Positions 29,209-39,200 of a DNA stretch of 64,000 nucleotides are shown one piece after another. The notes beneath the pieces are model-generated. The model worked only from the letters and a program-made list of their open reading frames with translations. It ran no database searches and was not told where the DNA came from. Origin of the DNA: an uncultured virus (IMG/VR IMGVR_UViG_3300050581_000229) (taxonomy: Duplodnaviria; Heunggongvirae; Uroviricota; Caudoviricetes). The first letter of the stretch is position 1, and the number at the start of each line of letters is the position of its first letter. A program made the translations under genes and the position numbers. The stretch lies in IMG/VR virus record IMGVR_UViG_3300050581_000229; one strand, given 5' to 3'.

Positions 29209-29756
29209 ATGAAATTCACAACATGATCGGTGCCGCCATCGTAGATGCGCTTACGAACTACTGCTCGCTGAGCGCGCTCGCGGCGACAGCATCCGCCTAT
29301 GCCGCGATTCTCATCCGGCAAGGGAAGCTGCAACAAGACCCGGTTAAAGAACGAATTGCTCTACTGGTGCACCCAGGTGATCCATCAGACACGTCCGAGA
29401 CACCTGAATGGCGTGACAAGATGGCCGGGGAAGAGGGCGATAAGGACTGGATTCCAGAGTCGCACGAAATCGGCGGTGGAGAGTTCTGGTGGCGCAAGTT
29501 CACGGTCGAGATGGACGTATATCTCGTCAAAACAAGGGAAGAGAGAGCGGAGGCGCGTGAGATTTCCGAGTGGGTATTTGGAAGGGCGCACAAGGCTTTG
29601 ACCGATCTATCGGGGATCAACCTCACCGACGACTTTGGGGAAGAAGCGTTCTATCTGACCGTTGACTCCGTGACCTTTCGGGAGAGCGGCGGACCGCCAA
29701 GCACATTCATCTGGAAAGGGAAGATTCGCTTTAGGGTGCTAACGGAGAAGATGTAA
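29205..29756 (+). CDS. Neck / tail-completion protein
   Basis: Position and size. Confidence 0.55.
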   Translation: MNEIHNMIGAAIVDALTNYCSLSALAATASAYAAILIRQGKLQQDPVKERIALLVHPGDPSDTSETPEWRDKMAGEEGDKDWIPESHEIGGGEFWWRKFTVEMDVYLVKTREERAEAREISEWVFGRAHKALTDLSGINLTDDFGEEAFYLTVDSVTFRESGGPPSTFIWKGKIRFRVLTEKM

Positions 29757-29971
29757 TGGCTGAACAGAAGGTTGATCTGGGGAAGGCGGGGCATTTCACG
29801 ATTAAGAAGGGCGCTTTGCGGGGATACATCCAGCGGCATTACGGCAAGGCTGGTTTCAACCCAGATGGCACGATCAAGGACTCGCTTCTGCATCGACTCG
29901 CTGAAGGCGGGGACTCCCAGGTAGCGCGACGTGCGCGAACTGCACTCGGATTCAAAGCGATGAAGCACTGA
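29756..29971 (+). CDS. Small basic phage protein
   Basis: IKKGALR..G.I....L..LA....VARRARTA. Confidence 0.6.
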   Translation: MAEQKVDLGKAGHFTIKKGALRGYIQRHYGKAGFNPDGTIKDSLLHRLAEGGDSQVARRARTALGFKAMKH

Positions 29972-30197
29972 TGAGAGTACGTATTGTTAGCGAGGATGGA
30001 CTTCCACAGACTACGAAGGTTTTGCTTGTCAATGATGACGGATCGCAGCAGAACATCGTGAATGATCTCAAGGTGACAAAGATCGAGCTTGAGTGTACGC
30101 CTTATGGACCCTGGACCGGGGTATTGCATGTGGTTGTGCCGCGAGTGGATGTCACGCTGGACGCAGACATTGAGGAACATGCGCGGGGAGAGAAGGT

Positions 30198-31325
30198 TTG
30201 AGGATTCTTGGGATCAACCCGAATGAGAACATCGGCGCGGTTGAAGCGTATCGTGTCGTTTACCCGCTCCACAAGATGTCACTGCTAGGGCACCAGACGT
30301 GGGTAATGCCCGCGATGGACGTTGCGAAGATGGTCAAGGATGGGCATAACCCATTCGCGCATCTGGACATGGTGTTGGTGCAGCGTCTCACTGGTGGCGG
30401 GGATGACTGGAAGACTTTCGTGACCGCAGCGCGGGCCGCTGGTTGCAGCATTGTTGTGGATTACGACGACGACTACACCAATGAGTACCGTAAGGTATGC
30501 GAGGGCGGGATTCCAGACCTCTCTTATTTCAGCGCGATCACGGTATCCACGCCCTATCTGAAGCGCGTGATGCGGAAATACAACCGCAACGTCGTGGTAA
30601 TCCCGAACCTCGTCGTGCCGGAAGTCATCAACGGGGGGTTCAAGCGGAAGATCGGTGGATTGTGTATCGGGCTGACCGGCTCTGAGACGCACCGCGAGGA
30701 TTGGCAAGTTGTCATCGAGCCGCTAAAGCAGATATGCCAGGAGTTTCCTGATGTTTCATTGTTTGTATCCGGCTATCTGCCCGATGAACTCCGGTCGGTT
30801 CCTAATCTGGTGACTCTGCGGTCCCTGGGGATGGTTCCTGGGATGGAAACGGACAACTTCTACATCCCGCTCAAGGAATACGGCTTCATCCTGCGCAACA
30901 TCGACATCTTGCTTGCGCCGGTCGATCCCGACGATAAATTCAATCACTCGAAAAGCAATTTAAAAGCAATCGAGGGGCAGATGAGCGCCAGGCCAGTTGG
31001 GAGCGCAACTGGCGGGTGCATGGTGATTGCTTCCGGCGATTTACCGAATTACCAGGATGCAATCAAGGGTGGGCGAACCGGGTTGTTGGTAGATCACCAC
31101 AATCAGGACGCCTGGTATGAGGCTCTCCGCGAAGTCATCACAAACCCGAAGCATCGTGTGGAGATGCAAATCGCGGGATATGAGTCTTGTTTGAAGAACT
31201 GGAATATTCACACACGTATCGGGGAGCGCGTGGCGGCGTATCACGATATTTGCGAATGGGATAAGCGGCAACAGCCGAAATTGGCAGTCGAGTTGGCGGG
31301 CTTGGCGACAGGAGTTTCAAAATGA
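30198..31325 (+). CDS. GT-B glycosyltransferase within the virion module
   Basis: YRVVYP, VQR, VDYDDD, VSTPYL, VIPN, IGLTGS..H..D, DI.LAP....FN.SKS.LK.IE, TGLLV. Confidence 0.88.
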   Translation: MRILGINPNENIGAVEAYRVVYPLHKMSLLGHQTWVMPAMDVAKMVKDGHNPFAHLDMVLVQRLTGGGDDWKTFVTAARAAGCSIVVDYDDDYTNEYRKVCEGGIPDLSYFSAITVSTPYLKRVMRKYNRNVVVIPNLVVPEVINGGFKRKIGGLCIGLTGSETHREDWQVVIEPLKQICQEFPDVSLFVSGYLPDELRSVPNLVTLRSLGMVPGMETDNFYIPLKEYGFILRNIDILLAPVDPDDKFNHSKSNLKAIEGQMSARPVGSATGGCMVIASGDLPNYQDAIKGGRTGLLVDHHNQDAWYEALREVITNPKHRVEMQIAGYESCLKNWNIHTRIGERVAAYHDICEWDKRQQPKLAVELAGLATGVSK

Positions 31326-32449
31326 CAGTTGCAGGTAATCGTGGGTCTGTCGCATTCTCGATTCAGAAAGCAAAGATTGGTAGTGGGGCCTTTGCAGTCC
31401 CAGGCAGTTTGGTAAACGGCGCGTGGCAAAAGCACAAGATGACCCGCGTCAACGTAGGCATCCAGGAATTGACGGATGCGCTAACCCCATCGGTAGGTAG
31501 TGGCCTGTTCGTCGATGGGACGTACAAGAACGCGGTAGTGGCCGGTGGTCAGATGACGATGGAAGCCCGCTTGCAAGGCAGCCTTGGTTACTTGTTGTAC
31601 GCGGCTGCCGGTAGCTATTCCGCTACTGCTCCATCAGGCACAAGCACACTCCACGCCACGCGCATCTATGTCAATCAGCAAAACCAACTGTCTCTGCCGT
31701 GGATGTGCGTCCGGCGCTATACCCCTGGCTCCAACGGGTCTGACGGTCTTACCGAGTATCTTGTTGACGCCAAGGTTGCCGGGATGGTTCTGACGATCCC
31801 GCAGATGGGGCCGCTGGTTGTGCAAACGACCTTGAGTGGTCGCAAGGCAATTGCGAACGATGCGGAAGTTTCAGGCAATGACTCCAACTACGAATCCGCT
31901 GCTGGCGTAGCTCTGTCGTGCAAGTCGAACATTGCCTTGTCGTTCGATCCCATTGGAGCGCTTGCGGACACCTACAACGTTACGGATTCCAGCGTGGAAT
32001 CCTTCATGGGCGCGGAAATCGCGATCAATAATGGTTTGACTGGGCCACAGCAAGAGATTGTAGTCGGTTCGATGTATATGGACGATCTCTCCCCGTTGAC
32101 TCGTAGCGCGGTTATCACGCTGGTCTACAAGTGGAAGAACCCGAAGCTGTACGACCGCATCTTGTATGCGTCCAATTATGGCGGAAGCTTCAGCGCAGCG
32201 GAATGGACGCCTCAGATTCAGACTGGATCGGCAGTGATCTCATCCGTGACCGCAGCCGGTACGCCTTCGATGAACTTTTGCACTGACTCGATCAACTGGC
32301 AAATCGCGGCTCCGCAACTGGCCGGTGCGCAGATGCTCACAACGACCGTAACGGGTATTGTCACGGAGACTAACAACGCTGGGATTGCTCCGTGGTGGTT
32401 CGATATGTTCAACACATACGACTACATCAAAAACCTGGCGGCCTACTGA
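31322..32449 (+). CDS. Major tail tube protein
   Basis: 375 aa beta-rich protein before the chaperones and TMP; I.INNGL. Confidence 0.75.
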   Translation: MTVAGNRGSVAFSIQKAKIGSGAFAVPGSLVNGAWQKHKMTRVNVGIQELTDALTPSVGSGLFVDGTYKNAVVAGGQMTMEARLQGSLGYLLYAAAGSYSATAPSGTSTLHATRIYVNQQNQLSLPWMCVRRYTPGSNGSDGLTEYLVDAKVAGMVLTIPQMGPLVVQTTLSGRKAIANDAEVSGNDSNYESAAGVALSCKSNIALSFDPIGALADTYNVTDSSVESFMGAEIAINNGLTGPQQEIVVGSMYMDDLSPLTRSAVITLVYKWKNPKLYDRILYASNYGGSFSAAEWTPQIQTGSAVISSVTAAGTPSMNFCTDSINWQIAAPQLAGAQMLTTTVTGIVTETNNAGIAPWWFDMFNTYDYIKNLAAY

Positions 32450-32497
32450 TCTTTTTTGGGGCAGTGGTCAATCCCACTGCCCCATCTTGGGGAATAA

Positions 32498-32971
32498 ATG
32501 ATTCTCGCAATTCCTACCGAACAGCAATTCTTCTTCGCGGTTGACGACGATGGCAAAGTAAAGCGCATCGAGCAACCCGAATACGATTCCGAGCATGGTT
32601 TCTCGGTGACGTTCCGCCAGGGCACCACCCAGGATGATCGACAGATCACAGATTGGACTACCCGGCGCAAGTCCATGATCGACAAGGATGGTAACTACCA
32701 AGAGTTGTATGAAAACAACCCTGACTACATCGCGGAGCTTGAAGTTGGCCTGACGCTATGCGCCACAGACTTGCAGCTACCGAAGAGCGGCCATCCCGAC
32801 GAGGGCGAAGACCTGGCATTTCAGGATGTCGGTGGTGTCCGGCGTATCAAGAACCAGGCGCAATTCAAACGCTGGTGGGGCATTACTCGCGTGCCAATCG
32901 CTCGCGCAATCTATGAGGCGTGTCTGGAAGTGAATCCAGATTGGGGGCCTAAAAGCAAAGGAATACTATGA
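32498..32971 (+). CDS. Tail assembly chaperone (gpG-like)
   Basis: Between the tail tube and TMP genes; ends EVNPDWG. Confidence 0.75.
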   Translation: MILAIPTEQQFFFAVDDDGKVKRIEQPEYDSEHGFSVTFRQGTTQDDRQITDWTTRRKSMIDKDGNYQELYENNPDYIAELEVGLTLCATDLQLPKSGHPDEGEDLAFQDVGGVRRIKNQAQFKRWWGITRVPIARAIYEACLEVNPDWGPKSKGIL

Positions 32972-33290
32972 GTCACTGGCCGAGCTAGGACAGGCGGCCA
33001 AAGACTATTACGAATCGATCTATCTCAGACAACCTCAGTTAGCAGGCATCATCATCGAAGAGAAGCAGCCGGAAGCTCCCGAGCAAGTCGTGATGCTGCG
33101 GGAACTTGAAACATATCACACATTACCCTGGCCCGGTGGACTTCTCAATCAACCTCACATCCTCATGCAGCAATTGACGGTTTGCCAGAACGCTCGCGCT
33201 GGTGCGATCCAACTTCGCAGGCGGCAGGACGAGATGGCTAATCCAAAGGCGGTGAGGCGTGATTATCAGCAACCCGGAACTCAATACTGA
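32946..33290 (+). CDS. Frameshifted chaperone extension (gpT-like)
   Basis: Open +1/-2 frame from 32946 (GLKAKEYYESLAEL...LPWPGGLLNQP) overlapping the gpG stop. Confidence 0.65.
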   Translation, partial: GLKAKEYYESLAELGQAAKDYYESIYLRQPQLAGIIIEEKQPEAPEQVVMLRELETYHTLPWPGGLLNQPHILMQQLTVCQNARAGAIQLRRRQDEMANPKAVRRDYQQPGTQY

Positions 33291-36200
33291 ACTCAAGCAG
33301 TGGCAGGAATCCCTGAGAGGTAAGGGTTTTGGCAATGCCCAGGTTTGGCTTGACGAGTTCAACGGGTCTCCCTCGATAGTTATCTCCCCCGATCCGGGGC
33401 GAATGAACCCCGTTCGTATCGACAAGTTTCAACATCGCGGAGATATATACAGCGCCTATGGGCGTGTCTTCTCCGGTGCAATGGAACTGCCTGAGAACGG
33501 TAAACCAACCCCCTTCAGCCCTCTCGAAGACCTGAGTATGCAGGTGAAAGCCGCGATTGGATATGCAGCCGAGAATTGGCAATCCTCTGGCGATGCCGCG
33601 TGGCAAGACCCAAGCTGGTTCCAGAAGTCCTTCACGAACTCCTTCATGGCGTTGACCTCCGGCTATCGTGCTGCCACATCTCCCCTAAGCTCGATGCCGC
33701 AGTATGCGTTAGACCGCGAGGCGTCCACACGCCTAGTGCGCAGCAGCAGCCCCAATGCCAAAAGCCTGATCCAACAATATGCCACCCGCAACAGCCTTAT
33801 ACAGGCTCAGGACTTCGGTGATATAAGTGAGCCCGAAGAGGCAAAATCGAACTCGATGTCCCTACTCTCTCCAAAGGGGATAGGGAACTACACTCTGTCC
33901 AATTGGGATTACCAGAACGGCCAAATTTCCTTCTATTCCAACAAAGGCCAGAAGGCTCTTGAGGGTCTTAAACTTCCACAGCGTCTAAAGCTGGACTTCC
34001 GCCAACGGGCGGAAATTCAGGGGCGTGAACCGATAGATTCCGGTAGGTATGGGAACTTCTACTCCTCTACCTACCGCTTTATTAATCCTGGTGAACAGAT
34101 CGGTTCCGGCTCGGCTGCTGCCAGCCCTGAGTTCTTGCATCTGCGCGGCCTTGGGGCTGAATCCACGCATGTACAGGTCATTCCACGAGATATGGCACTC
34201 ACGGACCTGAAACTATTGCGCCCAGGTTCGTATGGGCCAGGGAAGTTGGCACTCGCCACACTAGACGCAACAGGTCAAACGGTAGACGCGGAGGCGACCG
34301 GCGCTCAGTTCCGCACAATCTCGGATGTAGGAATCTCCCTTGGCTACGGGAAGCACGTCGCTGAGCAGACTCAAAACATGCTCCGTGTAGCGGAGATGGC
34401 AGACGAGCAGATCGATGTCAATGGAACCAAATACTCCGCCTGGGAACTGACAAATTCGCTCGCGAGTCTACAGCGCGAGACTAAACCGTTTGCAGATGCG
34501 TTGATGCCAACGCTGTCACGCGCTTACAACAAGATCACTGGGAACGACGCGACATTCACATTTGGCGGTGTTTCCAGGGGGCAAACCGGGATTCGTTTCA
34601 CGCAGCGGCTTGGCTATGACAACCTCGCTAACAAGCTCGATTCAAAGATCGGTAATTACTACGAGCAAGGTCTATCCGAGCAGTTGGGAGCCCAACACAT
34701 CGATCAGGCGTTTGGGCCGGATGTTATCAAGCAACAACGCACTTTCCTCGCATCCAATATCCTGGGGGTCTTCGCGTCTACTGACCCACGCTTTGCTGCC
34801 GCGCAAGCATATGTCAAACAGCAACTCTACGACCCCATCGCAAAGACTGATCCATCCTATACGCCCAAGCAGTTCCAGGAAGATGTGTGGGGATTGCCCC
34901 AAGAGGCTATCTCTACAACGATGCAGGGCATGGAATCGTTGCTTCCACGCGATGACTATGGGAATGTAATCCGAACTAGAGCCATCACGATGACGCCGGA
35001 ATACCACGGCAGGATTTCTCGCGTCAACCAGGAAACGCTTGACACGATAGCACAGGTATCGCCGGATTTGGCAGCTTCATTCGCAGACAGAAGCAATGGC
35101 ACGAATTACGCCATGATTGCGGCGATTCAGAACCGTGGCGGCTACGACATCACCAGTGCGCTCGCCCAAGAAACTCGCGGCCTATTTGACCCGACCGACC
35201 CATCCATAACACCACATGCGCAAGCTGGCATTATTTCCGATTGGCTCAAAAACATTAGCCCGGATGGTCACGACCTGTCGCGGGAAATGCTCACAGTACG
35301 CCAGGGAGATAAGTCCTACTCCGTCCTACCGCCTTCGGTGATGAGCCAATACGCAGAGCACGGTGGCGACTTCTTCAATATGTGGGCAGGCATCTTCGGG
35401 CCTGAAAAATATGCCCAGTATCAGGACTATCAGGGCCGTAATCTAGCCACGCCGCTTGAGGTTACTCGTGCCGGTCGTCTTGAGCAATATGGCGGTGGGC
35501 TTCAGGCTCAGGATACAGATGAGCTTCGCAGAGGCGCGGAAACCTTTCGTGGAACAGTAGGTGGGACGTTCAGCTACACATCCGCCGATTTCGTGAAGGA
35601 TAACGAGATCATCGTTGGCCCCGAACAGGTGCGGATGTTTGCAGAGCAGATGGGCGAGACGCCAGAAGAGGCGTCACTAATACAACAGAAGCTTACCGAG
35701 CGCCTGCAAGACCCGAACGCGAAGCGATTGGGCATGATTGGTCGCGGCTGGCCTGGCGTTACCGATGCGAGCGCACTTACCCTTAAGTACAACGAGAACG
35801 TCATTTCTCCGACCGTAAGCCGCGCATATCAGATGGCCCACGTCCGCGATGAGGACGTAGATAAGTCGGTCTTCCTCGGTGGATTCCGTTGGGATAAGGA
35901 TAAGCAAGACTTTGCGCCTCTACGTGGTATGGGCGAGTTTACTCGTAATAGCCTGCCCGTCAGCGCGCAAGCTCTCACGACGTTGTGGGCGATGGGTGGT
36001 GACCGGAATTTCAGCACCCGAGCACAGCAGCTTGCACTTGCACATATCGGCAATGGGGCCGAACCGAGCGTCAAGAGTGGGATGCCGCTTGTTCGGGCAC
36101 GCGACTTCACACATGGCTTTGGCGACATCTCTGCATATAACCCAACCATTGAAGGTTTCGGCCAGAAAGGACAAAACCCCTGGGCGGAAGCACGCCAGGA

Positions 36201-39200
36201 GGCAATTGACTTCGCTACCAGCACTGGCGTCCCTGGACTGGCGAAGACTGTAGCAGCCGTCACTGGTCCAGCGTCTATTCTAGGCAGAGCAGTCGGACGC
36301 TATAACGATGTTCACCAAAAGATGGGCATTTGGAACTTGCAGAAGATGCTGCAAGGAGCGCTATCTGATGACAACACAATCAACCAGGCATTCCCACGAT
36401 ACGGTGAAACGCTTCGTTCTACTATTAGAAACGAGTACGGCGAGGATGCGGCAAATATCGCTTCGCCCGCTCACCTCGCGAGAGAATCAATACGTCGCAT
36501 TTACCAGGCCCCGCTTGATCTGATTGACCCGACCCTCGGCTCGAACGGCTCAGCCGCGCAGTGGGTTGAGCACCTTGGCAAACTGCAATACGACGCCACG
36601 ACCTCCCCGAACCAGCGCTTGCAGGGGTTGCTTACCTCGATGACGAATGGCGGGAACGGGAGCGAGTACGTTTTTGACCCAGAGACCATTGGAGCCTTAT
36701 TTGGCCGTCATGGCGATACCACGCACATGCAGGCAATCAGCGAGGCGGTAACGAACTACCGAAGCGGTGACACGAACGCGCTCAATGGTCTGGTGAGTAT
36801 GGAAGATTCGGATAACGCTTCTGGTGCCCAGACATTGATTGAGACTGCGCAGGCATATCAGTTCAATGAAAAGATTGCCAATGGTGATGTGTCACAGGTC
36901 GGGACAGATCGTTATGAAATCCGCAGCGGTCGGAACGGTTTCATCGTTGGGCAAAACACGATTGACCGTTACAAACAACTCACGAATACCCCGCTCTATG
37001 GGCAAATCGCCCAGATGCTAGGGAAAAAGACCAAGCGCGGTCTTGGTGAATTTGTTCGTGGGCTGGCTCTCTCTCCATCAGCAAGGCGGCCAATGCTTCG
37101 TGCCCAGGAACGACTTGGCCTAACAAAGCCATTCCTGAAGGCAGACTCCAACGGCCTAATGACGGAGCCAGCAGATGACACACCGACACCGCCTGCTGGT
37201 GCGGCAAATGGCCCTTCACCGCGAGTTGGGAACCCAACCGCTTCCGGGCCTACGCATGGTGGTGGTGGCTCACAGTACGGTGGCGGCAGCAATAGGCCAC
37301 CGGCTAACAACACACCAGATGATCCATTTAGCGATATGCCACCAGACAACGGCGACCCTGGTGTATCCAGCAATACCGCTGCACCAAGTGGCGCTGGCAA
37401 CTTCAACGTCAACATCAACTCGGATACCTTCGAGAGGGGGATCTACCGTGCAGTTAGGGATCATCTGACGGAGCAGGCAGGCCCGAAGTGGCAGGGTCGT
37501 GCTACGAGGCCAGAAAATGTCGGTACATTTGAAAACCTGGTTTCTCAAATCGGCCCGAATGGTGAGTTTGATTTCGAGAGCCATGCTCAGGAGCTTGAGG
37601 GCCTTGGATACCGCGAACGTGGCTTCTTCCGAAATGTGAGCGATTACTACTCCGGCAAACTACGTGCAAGCAATCAGCGGTTCTCTGCTCGCAACTCAGC
37701 CTGGGGAATGTACTTCCGAGAAGATGCAGACCTGGGCAATCCCACAAGAGGGCGTCTGCGCTCCATTGCCGTAGACATGCAGAATGGCGAGTCCGAGTAC
37801 ACGACTCGCTTCCCATCCGGCGAACAAAGCCCCTCCCTCTCTGCGGGTGACAAGAACTCCATTGATGAGTTCACGGCCAAAGTCAATGAGGCCCGCGATG
37901 CACTAAAAGACAACATCGCCAACATCCGCGAGCACACCAAGACCATTGGCGCGGCAAAGGAAGTTTGGCAGAAGATCACGCAGAGTCAGGCCGGGTTAGT
38001 CGAGGCGCGTGCTCAACTGCCCGATTCGGCGGCGACCACGGCGGAGGGGAAGGCTGCTCTCTCAAGCTCTCGTCGCGTGCAGGCGGGCCAGAACGCCTAC
38101 GAGACCATGATGCGGGCGGAGCTTAAGGATCAAGGATTCCCCGACCAGGACATCAACTCTGTCTTCTCGCAATCAGGTGGCAGAAGCGGTAAGGGGGTAC
38201 TCAATACACTTGCCGGGCATCTCTTGAGCGGGATGGCCGAGTTTCAGATGGCTCGCGGGTATCGGGCAACCGTACAGCCAATCATTAGTGCGGCGCAGGG
38301 TTATTACCAGCAAGAACTTACGGCTGCGGGTGCGCTCTACCAATCAGGCGGACAGGGGAAGCTTTCGGACATTCAGGGATACTCCGCCAGAAACACGCTT
38401 GCCGATATAAGCACTGGATTCGGTCGAAACGCCAACTCATTCGTGAGTGGCATCACGAATCTAGTCGGGTCAGGGAATGGATCGGGACTAGGAGCAGGGC
38501 TGGTTGGGACAGCCGCGACGGTACTAGGGCCAGCAGCCGGGACCGCTCTTATTGCCGGGGCGCTTGGGGCAAGTGCGCCAGTAGTGGGTGGTCTTGCTCT
38601 GGCTGCTGTCGTTGGCTCGCTTGCATCCTACGTCTCAGGTGCACAAAGTAACCCGGTCGCAGCAGTTCAGTATGGGACCACCAAAGGCGCTTCCATCTGG
38701 AATGATGCTACTGGATTCTTTGCTGACCAGGATTATGAAAATAGGCAAGCAGCACGCAAGGCGTGGAGAGACAGGCAACAAGGCATCCCGAGTGGTGGTA
38801 GTGGCAGCCAGCAAGGGATGTCGCTTTGGGAGAATATCGCTGCCGGATCAAGCGGTGGGACGTTCGCATCTCCTGGGTTAGCGAACATCTTTGGTCCATC
38901 AGCCAGTGTCACATATCCGACGCCTGAACCCTATCTCGACCAGAAAGCACGAGACGAGAAGATCGCCCAAGCTAATGCGGAGATCGCAGCAAAGGGTAAG
39001 TGGGCGGTTAGCGAGATGTCACCTCTCGCGCAACAGGCCACGCTTACCGGCAACATCCCCAACTATATCGCCCAGACATACACCATTGGCCTGGATACCG
39101 CGAAGAGCCTTACTTCGCTTGTCTATGGTGTTACCCAGGGGCCAGAAGCTCAAGGTGCGCTTGAATACCTTTCTGATGTCACCTCTCGCGGCGGTGATGC

